43,525 bases of DNA from a virus, in IMG/VR virus record IMGVR_UViG_3300048597_000115, positions 1 to 43,525 of that record; one strand, written 5' to 3'. Shown here in pieces: positions 35,257-42,858 of the stretch. The translations under genes and the position numbers were made by a program. Each line of letters begins with the position of its first letter. The first letter of the stretch is position 1. The notes beneath the pieces are model-generated. The model was not told the DNA's origin, made no database searches, and saw nothing but the letters and a program-made list of their open reading frames with translations.

Positions 35257-35597
35257 GTCCCCAACAGTGTTTTATTGCCCTGAGCTCCGAGTGGTCCGCC
35301 CGAGGCAAGGATCGTGCTGTCTTTTTTCTTCTTCAATCCGGGCGCTGCTTCTTGAGCCGCGACAGCAGAGTTTTGGTTGACGTTCATACCTTGGCCACGC
35401 GCCCCACCGTTTGCTTGCGAGCTTGAATACTTGAGCGCGTTTAACATCCCCATCCACAACAACGACTCAGCGCCAAGTTTGTTTGCGGTGGTGGAGTTCA
35501 TGCGAAGACGACTTTCTTTTGTATCGCCTCGAGGGTTCACCCGAAACGGGTCTGTGATGGGCCGAAGTGCTCGGTTAAGTTTATCATCCCATCCCAT
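35253..35597 (-). CDS. small Gly/Asn/Gln-rich protein ending KTLLGT (paralog 2)
   Basis: 114 aa, ATG start. The C-terminal hexapeptide is shared with the neighbouring gene. Confidence 0.5.
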   Translation of the reverse strand: MGWDDKLNRALRPITDPFRVNPRGDTKESRLRMNSTTANKLGAESLLWMGMLNALKYSSSQANGGARGQGMNVNQNSAVAAQEAAPGLKKKKDSTILASGGPLGAQGNKTLLGT

Positions 35598-35599
35598 CG

Positions 35600-35929
35600 T
35601 TACGTCCCAAGAAGGGTCTTAGACCCCGGTTGTGGACCCATGGAGCCATAGCCGCTTGAAGAACCACTCAGCAACGAACCTTGGTTGGGACGGGCATCGT
35701 TCATGGCTTTGCGTCTTGAGCGACCCATGGCAGCGCGTGCGGCGCTATCGTCTGCGCGTTGGAGCTCGGCTTTCTTTTCTGTTTCAAGTTTCACAGCTTC
35801 GGCAGCTTGCGCGGCTTTTGCGTTTTTCATTTCTTTTCGCTGCTTGTGAGCTTCGGTCATTGTGCTGACTGTGTTGACTGTTGTCGCTGTTGCGAGAGCC
35901 GCAAGCGCGATTGTAGAAAGCATCCCCAT
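35600..35929 (-). CDS. small N-terminal-TM, basic protein ending KTLLGT (paralog 1)
   Basis: 109 aa. ATG behind AAGGGGGA SD. N-terminal MGMLSTIALAALATATTV hydrophobic segment. Confidence 0.5.
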   Translation of the reverse strand: MGMLSTIALAALATATTVNTVSTMTEAHKQRKEMKNAKAAQAAEAVKLETEKKAELQRADDSAARAAMGRSRRKAMNDARPNQGSLLSGSSSGYGSMGPQPGSKTLLGT

Positions 35930-35940
35930 CCTAGTCCCCC

Positions 35941-36390
35941 TTAAACTTCTTTTAAGTAACTTCGTTCTTGAAGCCTAAAACCACGATTGATTAAAGCGCG
36001 ATCACCCACCTGAGAGTTATGCTCGAGAGTCATTGTGATAAGATCCGCGTGCTCTTCGCCCCACTCCACAAAAGCATCAAGAAGCTGTATGCCACAGCGA
36101 CTTCTGCGAAACTCTTTCTTCACCCACCAGAAAGTTTCCGTGAGCATCATAAGGTTGGGATTGAATGGGTGTGGCGCATAGATGCCAGCGATGAAGCCCG
36201 CTTTCCCGAGGTTGCTGTCTGCGATTAAGACCACTTGGTTTTCGATGAAACCTTTTAGCGTCTCGCGTGCGAAGTCTTCTTCGGGAAAGAGATTGTGTTT
36301 CTTGATGCCAATAAACTCAGCAAACTTCTTGAGCTCCGAAAGAAGCCATTCGATGTCCATTAAATCTGCTTTACGGATCTCAATGCGCAT
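35941..36390 (-). CDS. GNAT-family N-acetyltransferase
   Basis: 149 aa. Beta4-alpha3 acetyl-CoA motif WWVKKEFRRSRCGIQLLDAFVEW, then MTLEHNSQVGDRALINRGFR, typical of the GNAT fold. Confidence 0.7.
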   Translation of the reverse strand: MRIEIRKADLMDIEWLLSELKKFAEFIGIKKHNLFPEEDFARETLKGFIENQVVLIADSNLGKAGFIAGIYAPHPFNPNLMMLTETFWWVKKEFRRSRCGIQLLDAFVEWGEEHADLITMTLEHNSQVGDRALINRGFRLQERSYLKEV

Positions 36391-36437
36391 TGCCTAACAT
36401 TGTTGTGAAAAACACAACACTTTACAAGAGTGTCATT

Positions 36438-37898
36438 TTAGCGAACAGGCTCTTTGTCTGCTAAGGGATCCCAATCTTTTTTCACTTGCTTCACCCTCAG
36501 AAACTCAGGCAGGTGGCTCTTTCCTTCTTGTTCGGGAAGGGCAAACGTTAAGGCAAGAGCGTCGGCGTAGTCCACGCTATATCCTAACCGATCCTTGATC
36601 TGCGCTTTCTCTTCGAGCTTGAACTTGCCGTTTTGAAACGTGTACGTTGGCGCAGTGAGTTCAGTCACAAGTCGGGGGATGTTTGGCAAGCACCCACCAC
36701 GCTTCACCCACTCGGCCATCTCAAACCACATCTCAGCGCGCTTGTTTAAATACCGCTCGTTAAGCGCTTTCCCAGCGAAGTTCACCTCAATGCCGGGGCT
36801 TCGTGCTTGTATGAGTGAGTCGATCACCCCTGAGCCATAGCCCCCGGTGCCGTCCACAAACTCAATCTCACTTCCCCACCTGCGCTTAGCCTCAACGATT
36901 CGCGCTGCAATCTCGTTTGAACGAGCGCCACGCATCTCTTCGGGCTTAAACGCCATCAACCCTTGGCGTGGGAAAAGCACCGTCGAGTCAGTTCCGAAGC
37001 GTGCCACATCCACACCGATTCTTTTTTGCGAGTGGTCATACTCTTCTTTACGATAGGTGCGACTCATGGCGCGCTCAACTTCCTCAGGGCTCAAGAGTGT
37101 GTTGATCGACGATGGTGGGAACTGGCCCAAGATATACGCCATCACCCATGGGTTTTCTCTCCCATAAGTTTTAATCTGCTCTCGAGCCCACTCAATGTTG
37201 ATCCTTGTCGAACGCTTGGGATCTTCGGGATCCCCCGAGATCTTGATGATGTACCACTGCGCCCGGAGCTTCGTGCTTGCGGCGTAAAGCATCCCCGTGT
37301 GACTTGTCGGGTTCCCGGCTTGTAGTATTTTTCCAAACACTGGCCCCGTTGAAAGCCCCTGCTCAGCGCTCTTCACGATAGCGGGCGGGATGTCGCCACT
37401 CTCATCGATGATGTAAAGCACATACTTTGAGTGAAGGCCTGAGAGCGTGCGCCCCACTTCATCCGCATTGGCGCTCTTTGAAAAACTTCTTGCCGAGATG
37501 AACCACGTTTCGGGATGGTGGTTTGCAAAGATGCGGGTCTTTGTCCAAGTGAACGCGTTTTGCGTATAGCCTGTCTTACTCTTGCCTTGCCACTTTGCAA
37601 ACTCCGCCCACAAGTTATCTTTCAAGTTATCGTTTGTGATAGAAACCGCTGCACCCTTTGGGTGTTCGCCAAAGTCCCCTTGTGTGGCAAGAAAGTGCCA
37701 ACCACAGATGACCATCGCTGCTGACTTCCCCGGACCTGCGCACGCTTGAAGGCTTATGCGAGTTTTCTCAGGATCCATAAGCGGGAACACATCGAACAGT
37801 TCTTTCTGCCAAGGGTCGGGCTCAAAGCCAAACTCTTCATGCGCAAACTGCGCCACGTTCTCACGCCACGATCTGATTCTTTGCTGTGCTGGTGTCAT
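36438..37898 (-). CDS. terL: terminase large subunit
   Basis: 486 aa. Walker A QACAGPGKSA, Walker B YVLYIIDESG. C-terminal nuclease-like half with GVDVARFGTDS. Confidence 0.85.
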   Translation of the reverse strand: MTPAQQRIRSWRENVAQFAHEEFGFEPDPWQKELFDVFPLMDPEKTRISLQACAGPGKSAAMVICGWHFLATQGDFGEHPKGAAVSITNDNLKDNLWAEFAKWQGKSKTGYTQNAFTWTKTRIFANHHPETWFISARSFSKSANADEVGRTLSGLHSKYVLYIIDESGDIPPAIVKSAEQGLSTGPVFGKILQAGNPTSHTGMLYAASTKLRAQWYIIKISGDPEDPKRSTRINIEWAREQIKTYGRENPWVMAYILGQFPPSSINTLLSPEEVERAMSRTYRKEEYDHSQKRIGVDVARFGTDSTVLFPRQGLMAFKPEEMRGARSNEIAARIVEAKRRWGSEIEFVDGTGGYGSGVIDSLIQARSPGIEVNFAGKALNERYLNKRAEMWFEMAEWVKRGGCLPNIPRLVTELTAPTYTFQNGKFKLEEKAQIKDRLGYSVDYADALALTFALPEQEGKSHLPEFLRVKQVKKDWDPLADKEPVR

Positions 37899-38113
37899 GC
37901 CTCTCCCGGCTCGTAAACATACTCGCGCCCCATACGATCAATGTAGAATCGCTTACACCACACACACCCATCCATCTGCTCGATGAGCGCGTCTTCATGC
38001 TCGAGCGTGCAGCGTGGTGGCCCCTGACAGATCACAGACTTTGAAACAATATCACCGGGCTCGTACTCTTCATCCTCGTCGAGATGTATCTTTGTCTTCT
38101 TCTTACTTTCCAT
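37895..38113 (-). CDS. small 4-Cys (zinc-ribbon-like) protein
   Basis: 72 aa. CQGPPRC...GCVWC. ATGA-coupled to terL. Confidence 0.45.
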   Translation of the reverse strand: MESKKKTKIHLDEDEEYEPGDIVSKSVICQGPPRCTLEHEDALIEQMDGCVWCKRFYIDRMGREYVYEPGEA

Positions 38114-38318
38114 TTTTCGGAAGTAAGATCTTCATTGGCCCAGTCTGCTTTGAGATCTCTTGGATCTTATTCAAGCACGCAAACGCATAGCCGTGCGCTG
38201 CCGTGAGATCTGCGGCTCCACTTTGCGCCATCATCATCATCGTTTCAAAGTTCGGCGAGCAAGTGACTTTCACTTTGCCGTCTGTGCGATCTTCAATCTT
38301 GATTGTTACTTCCGCCAC
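38103..38318 (-). CDS. hypothetical protein (71 aa)
   Basis: Start set to GTG 38318 behind GGGGGGATTCTA SD; the ORF-track start is TTG. Confidence 0.4.
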   Translation of the reverse strand: MAEVTIKIEDRTDGKVKVTCSPNFETMMMMAQSGAADLTAAHGYAFACLNKIQEISKQTGPMKILLPKNGK

Positions 38319-38922
38319 TAGAATCCCCCCGAGAGCCCGCAATCAAACGCTCGAGCGTCATGTCGTGGTTCTCATTTACGTTTGTGAACATTTTTAAATA
38401 CTTGCCAAGAAGCTCAAGCGCTTTCAACTTATCCCACATCTTGATCTCTTTGGTTTCGCCAATCTCGACACCCTCAGTGAAGTCTTTGTACGTCTTCACC
38501 CCACTGATTGCTTTCTTGATCGTGTCCGGCATCTCTTTGATCGGCAAAAGTTGGCCATTAGAATCAAACGCTTCTGAAAGATCCGTGAACGCTAAGCGCA
38601 TGATCTCTCTTAGAACGTCGTCCACTTTCAGATCCACGCGCATTAAACGATCGCGCTTTACTTTATCCACCTTCGCTCGCACGTCGTCTCTTTGCAGAAG
38701 CTCATAGCCGATCTTTACAGCGCTCTTTGGCGAATACCCGCAGCGAATCGCAGCTTGTGTGGCGTTGAAGTCCACAAGATACTCGTGACAAAACATATCG
38801 ATCTTGTCTGCGCCACGATAGTTCTTTGAGAGCTTGCCGTGGTTTTCCTTGTCGCGCTTAGCGGCTTTTGCAATCTCGCACGGGCGCGGCTTTGTTTTTC
38901 TTTTCGGTTTCACTTCATCCAT
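38293..38922 (-). CDS. terS: terminase small subunit
   Basis: 209 aa. FCHEYLVDFNATQAAIRCGYSPKSAVKIGYELL is the Terminase_2-type HTH signature. Confidence 0.8.
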   Translation of the reverse strand: MDEVKPKRKTKPRPCEIAKAAKRDKENHGKLSKNYRGADKIDMFCHEYLVDFNATQAAIRCGYSPKSAVKIGYELLQRDDVRAKVDKVKRDRLMRVDLKVDDVLREIMRLAFTDLSEAFDSNGQLLPIKEMPDTIKKAISGVKTYKDFTEGVEIGETKEIKMWDKLKALELLGKYLKMFTNVNENHDMTLERLIAGSRGDSSGGSNNQD

Positions 38923-38924
38923 TG

Positions 38925-39878
38925 TTACTCCACGTCGATTGAGTCTTCGTTCCTCTGTCTCAGATATTGTTTGATTTGATCGCGCAATCTTCGTTGCCTT
39001 GGTGTTAAAACTTCAAGCTGCAACAAGCCTTGCCAGTCACGTTTTAAATCGTCGTCTGGGTCGAAGTAGTTCGAGCGAATAATATCCCAGCGCTCGACAT
39101 ATTTTCTATCACGTTTTTTGCCATGAAAAAAATGAGCGATACTTCCCGGTGTGAACCCGATGTTCCGTTTAACATGAGCCTCTGCTCGCTCTTGCCAGAT
39201 CTCAAGCTCGTTTAAGAGCTTCGGATTGATATCGCCCGGAACTGAGCGATCGATGAGTCCGATCAAGCCCATAGCCATACTGTGATCGGCGGAGCCTAAT
39301 ATACAAAAATCTATAAGCCCGCCAAGAGCATCGAAAGATTCGCGTCGTATGGCCCAACAAAAACCCGGATGCCAGAAGTTCTTCTTCACACTGTAACCAC
39401 CATAGCGACCCGGCCCCACTGGGGGATTGTAACCGTTCTTAATATATTCACTCACAAAGCTGTGATGCACTTGCAGCACTTGCCCTTGCGGACCAAGATC
39501 GATTGCGGTTTCAAACATCTGCACCACATCGTACACTTGCAGTTGTTGAACGGTTTCACTTGCCCAGTTGGGGTTCATGAACTCAATGTCTCCGTCGATC
39601 CACGCAAGATATTTCCACGTCGAAGGAAGCCTGCTCACCCCGATGTTTATCATGTTCTCTTTGATCCACACCTCGTCGTAAGTGCGAAGCTGAATGTGGT
39701 TGGGATTGTTACTTTCAGTTACTTCAAACGGGCGCTCGCCTTGCTGAGTCTCAACGATGTAAAGATTCACACCGCTTTTCATCATGTGCTCTTTGAACTT
39801 CTTGAATAAATTGTAGCGAGCGTTATACCTCACCGGGTTTGAACAAACCGCGACAACGTGCAAAAGATCGGGGCTCAT
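38925..39878 (-). CDS. GT-A-fold-like nucleotide-sugar transferase (putative)
   Basis: 317 aa. Rossmann-like N-terminus VVAVCSNP, DxD-like WIDGDIEF, later HPGFCWAIRRE and ILGSADH. Fold assignment is by eye only. Confidence 0.35.
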   Translation of the reverse strand: MSPDLLHVVAVCSNPVRYNARYNLFKKFKEHMMKSGVNLYIVETQQGERPFEVTESNNPNHIQLRTYDEVWIKENMINIGVSRLPSTWKYLAWIDGDIEFMNPNWASETVQQLQVYDVVQMFETAIDLGPQGQVLQVHHSFVSEYIKNGYNPPVGPGRYGGYSVKKNFWHPGFCWAIRRESFDALGGLIDFCILGSADHSMAMGLIGLIDRSVPGDINPKLLNELEIWQERAEAHVKRNIGFTPGSIAHFFHGKKRDRKYVERWDIIRSNYFDPDDDLKRDWQGLLQLEVLTPRQRRLRDQIKQYLRQRNEDSIDVE

Positions 39879-40033
39879 GCCTTAACCCAAGAGTCTTTCT
39901 TTGCTGCTTGATAACTTTCAAAGACAATGCGTCGGCCCTTAGTGCCAGTTAGGACAAAGATTCTTTCGCCCTTTTTGTCGCGCTCATAGGATCCCGCAAA
40001 TAACTGCTTTCCGTGTTTCTTATTTTTCCACAT
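39875..40033 (-). CDS. small basic protein (52 aa)
   Basis: Start moved to ATG 40033 behind AAGGGGGAG SD (MWKNKKHGKQ...). Confidence 0.4.
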   Translation of the reverse strand: MWKNKKHGKQLFAGSYERDKKGERIFVLTGTKGRRIVFESYQAAKKDSWVKA

Positions 40034-40043
40034 CTTCTCCCCC

Positions 40044-40286
40044 TTATTCATAAGCACCCTTCACGAAGCGACCATAGATCAAATCGTTTGGTGTGATGTC
40101 TTTGTTTTTTTGTTTTGCGACTTCAAGAATCTTTCTGTGAATATCGTGGGGGATGATCCCCCTGAGCCCATTGTGGCGATCTTTTTGCCACTTACAAACA
40201 GACGCGGGGGCACGGCCAATGGCCCTAGCCGTGGCTCTCACCCCACCAAAAGCGTAAATCACATATTCTGCTGGCGTTAATTGCAT
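40044..40286 (-). CDS. Cro-like HTH protein, first gene of late unit
   Basis: 80 aa. FGGVRATARAIGRAPASVCKWQK is a Cro/YdaS-type HTH. ATG behind GAGGGGGA SD. Divergent from the cI-like repressor. Confidence 0.5.
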   Translation of the reverse strand: MQLTPAEYVIYAFGGVRATARAIGRAPASVCKWQKDRHNGLRGIIPHDIHRKILEVAKQKNKDITPNDLIYGRFVKGAYE

Positions 40287-40423
40287 AGTCCCCCTCGCCC
40301 GTTAAGATCTTAAATAAAATTTCACATCACCTGTTGTGGTTAGCGCAACATATTTCACACAAGCAGACAATCTCAACCCCTTTCACCTTGCGTTGTGTTT
40401 GCTTTTGTGTAACAGTCTGTTCA
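40287..40423. promoter_or_regulatory. divergent control region between cI-like repressor and Cro-like/late unit
   Basis: Three TTTCAC(A/C) motifs at 40320, 40353 and 40381. Imperfect 16-bp palindrome CACATCACCTGTTGTG at 40323-40338. GTTGTG recurs at 40392. Confidence 0.45.
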
Positions 40424-40948
40424 ATGCAACCTGACAAAGTTTGGATCCAAGAAAGAATCAAGAGCTCCCCGTTTGGCTCAATCCGTAAGCTCGCCCCCAA
40501 GCTCAGCATGGATGCGTCTGCTCTGAGCCGCGCCATCAATGGGGAAAGAAAGCTCTCTGTACAAGAAGCCACCGCGCTTGCTGACATCCTTGGCGTATCA
40601 CTTCACGACCTACTCACAAAGCTTTGTGTGGTGAAGGAAGCCCAAGGCCAGCTTTTAGGGATCGTGGTGGGATCAAGCGTGCAGATGTTTAAGAAGCCTG
40701 AGCCGTTTGCTGGCAGCGGGGAAGCCCTGCAAGTGCGGGATCCCTCGAGTCTCTATGACGGGGCTTATGTGATGCTTAGAAACACCACGCCCCCCGAGCT
40801 TGATCGCTTGGCGCTCATCAATAACAGCGCTATCGGAAAGCTGCTCCGCGGTTACTCGCCCAGCAAGTACAACATCCAAACGGAAGGCGAAGTGCTGTTT
40901 GATAAAACGATCAAGACGTTTTGTTTAATTGAATCCATTCGATTCTAG
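40424..40948 (+). CDS. cI/LexA-like repressor (HTH plus S24-peptidase-like C-domain)
   Basis: Start moved to ATG 40424 (no SD; the ORF-track start 40334 is TTG). HTH: IRKLAPKLSMDASALSRAINGERKLSVQEA. C-domain LQVRDPSSLYDGAYVML...AIGKLLR resembles the S24 Ser/Lys dyad layout. Confidence 0.6.
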   Translation: MQPDKVWIQERIKSSPFGSIRKLAPKLSMDASALSRAINGERKLSVQEATALADILGVSLHDLLTKLCVVKEAQGQLLGIVVGSSVQMFKKPEPFAGSGEALQVRDPSSLYDGAYVMLRNTTPPELDRLALINNSAIGKLLRGYSPSKYNIQTEGEVLFDKTIKTFCLIESIRF

Positions 40949-41392
40949 GGCTTTGCGTGCGATATTCTCAACGTCGCAATGATGCCATTTACTGTATATC
41001 TCAAGCGCCTCTCTCAAGCGGGCGTTCTCGGCGTCGAGTTTAATGTTGCAATCATCAAGCAATCTTCTGTCTGCTCTTGTTGCCTCTAGGCTTTGTTTTA
41101 AGTCCTCAATCTCCGCCTGCGCTTGGGTGAGGGCTGACATTTCTACGACATGGGTTTCTTTAATTATCCAACCCTCTAACTCTGGGTGAATCGGTCTATC
41201 AAAAGCTCGCACGTCGCCATTTTTATACTCCGTAACCCACCACTCCCGCGCATCCTTTGGGGCTTTCGCAAGCTCGGTCAGGGCGGCTGGTCTTTGTATT
41301 TTAGGTGGTACAGAACAATAACAAACTGGCCCAGCATATCCATAAACAATATTTGGATCTAATATTAAGTTACCACAAGTTAAACACGTCAC
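40925..41392 (-). CDS. hypothetical protein with N-terminal Cys cluster and coiled coil (155 aa)
   Basis: GTG start behind GAGGAGAG SD. CLTCGN...PVCYC. Last gene of the early unit. The 3' end overlaps the repressor gene by 24 nt. Confidence 0.5.
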   Translation of the reverse strand: MTCLTCGNLILDPNIVYGYAGPVCYCSVPPKIQRPAALTELAKAPKDAREWWVTEYKNGDVRAFDRPIHPELEGWIIKETHVVEMSALTQAQAEIEDLKQSLEATRADRRLLDDCNIKLDAENARLREALEIYSKWHHCDVENIARKALESNGFN

Positions 41393-41432
41393 AAGTCTCT
41401 CCTCACGTCCATGGGGGATTTTGGGGGCGTGG

Positions 41433-41618
41433 TCATTCTTGCACCTCTGCTTGAAACTTAGTTACTAAGCAAACGCCTCGAAACCAATAGCCCTCGACAT
41501 ACCAGCCATCGCTTACGCCAAAATCTTTAGTCCCAAGTGCTCGCCATACAATGCGCTTCCATAGAGGAAATTCAGTTTTGAGTCGCATCTTAAAATAGTT
41601 TGGCTCAATCACACTCAT
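41433..41618 (-). CDS. hypothetical protein (61 aa)
   Basis: Start moved to ATG 41618 in an ATGA overlap. Trp/Phe-rich. Confidence 0.4.
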   Translation of the reverse strand: MSVIEPNYFKMRLKTEFPLWKRIVWRALGTKDFGVSDGWYVEGYWFRGVCLVTKFQAEVQE

Positions 41619-41974
41619 AAACACCACTCCCCACCCAGTAAATCACTAAACTCATAGAGCCGCATTTCTTCGTAGTGCTCAGGCCCACGCACTAAACGCT
41701 TCCCAGTTTGCATCACTAGCCAATCGGTTATCGTAAATGGATAACAACTATCACCGTCGCAAAGATAGGTCGAGTGATTTGGGATTTTAAACACGTTGCC
41801 ATTAGATAAAATCACGCCGTCAGCTTGGCACATACGGCCAGAGCTTATAACTGTTGCTGTAATGCAGCCATTGACGTCGTTTAGGCAAACCATAGAGTCG
41901 TTGGACCCGTTAATGAATATGCCCTCATTGCCAGAATTAGAAGCCATAGCTACTAAAAATAATAGGTAAATCAT
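41615..41974 (-). CDS. Cys-rich protein with N-terminal signal-like segment
   Basis: 119 aa. MIYLLFLVAMASNSG hydrophobic N-terminus. At least seven Cys in the remainder. Confidence 0.45.
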   Translation of the reverse strand: MIYLLFLVAMASNSGNEGIFINGSNDSMVCLNDVNGCITATVISSGRMCQADGVILSNGNVFKIPNHSTYLCDGDSCYPFTITDWLVMQTGKRLVRGPEHYEEMRLYEFSDLLGGEWCL

Positions 41975-41976
41975 TT

Positions 41977-42699
41977 TTATGCTCCCATCATTTCTACTTC
42001 ACAATAAATGCCGCACTCTGGTAACTCAATCGTCTCGTGCCGACCTGCTTTTGGATCAAGCTCATCGAGATAAACACCCTTAATGCAAGTGTGACCAGCT
42101 TTGCGCTCAAGCTGTGCTGTACGTTCAAACACATCGGGGAAGTCTTCGCGGATCTTGTTCCAATAACCCTTGCCACCCTTCACACACCCAATGCAATTTG
42201 CGTTTGAGTAACCGAGCTTATACATGGCTGGCAGTTCAATACCCGCGCCTAGTAGCATTTCCATTGCTTGAAACTTGTTTATCTTTTTCTCGATCAATGG
42301 AAATAGAGCTTTGCTTTGTGGATATTGTTCGATGAAACGCTGGGCTCTTTTGATTTGCTTAGGCTCATATTCAAAACCAAACACTTGACCCGAATAGTCC
42401 ACAAGTTTCTCGATGGCTATTCGCACATCTTTCTTTAAGAGCTTGGTGCAATAAGCCCCAGTCGGCCCGTTAATATAGCCGTGCTCTAAAACTTTCTCGA
42501 CTGAGTGCCATTTCATGTTTGTGAGTGTGTGGATCTTTTGGTTATACCACTTCTCACAGTCTTTCTTAAATCGCTGGTTATCTGTGTGATGTTGGTTTGT
42601 TTCACAGAAGTAAACTTGCACGTCATCATATTGCTCAATCGCTATTTTTGTGGCCACGGCACTTGTAACGCCGCCAGACCACCAAGCTATAACGCTCAT
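41977..42699 (-). CDS. PAPS/APS-reductase-like PP-loop ATP pyrophosphatase
   Basis: 240 aa. PP-loop WWSGGVTSAV, YCTKLLKKDVR (cf. CCxxRKxxPL), NCIGCVKGG (cf. SxGCxxCT), C-terminal PECGIYCE (cf. ECGLH). Confidence 0.6.
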   Translation of the reverse strand: MSVIAWWSGGVTSAVATKIAIEQYDDVQVYFCETNQHHTDNQRFKKDCEKWYNQKIHTLTNMKWHSVEKVLEHGYINGPTGAYCTKLLKKDVRIAIEKLVDYSGQVFGFEYEPKQIKRAQRFIEQYPQSKALFPLIEKKINKFQAMEMLLGAGIELPAMYKLGYSNANCIGCVKGGKGYWNKIREDFPDVFERTAQLERKAGHTCIKGVYLDELDPKAGRHETIELPECGIYCEVEMMGA

Positions 42700-42845
42700 T
42701 TCTCCCCCCGCTCATATCTAAGTCGTTTAATAGCGCGTCTGTGTTGCTCGAGGCGCTCTTTGATTGTGGTTAAGTCTCGCCACAAGAAGTAAATCAGGGC
42801 GAGCATAAGTATGTTTGCTGTGAGGGTGAGGATGTAGAACGTCAT
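42696..42845 (-). CDS. 49-aa single-TM protein (below ORF-track cutoff)
   Basis: Hand-translated: MTFYILTLTANILMLALIYFLWRDLTTIKERLEQHRRAIKRLRYERGEK. AAAGGAAAA SD. Its TGA overlaps the ATG of the PAPS-reductase-like gene. Confidence 0.4.
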   Translation of the reverse strand: MTFYILTLTANILMLALIYFLWRDLTTIKERLEQHRRAIKRLRYERGEK

Positions 42846-42858
42846 AGTTTTCCTTTCG

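Noticed and set aside
36401-36433. Hairpins between terL and the GNAT gene as an intrinsic terminator
   Set aside because: The stems are short (5 and 7 bp) and AT-rich. The only U-run is inside a loop rather than trailing the stem, and the two structures overlap each other.
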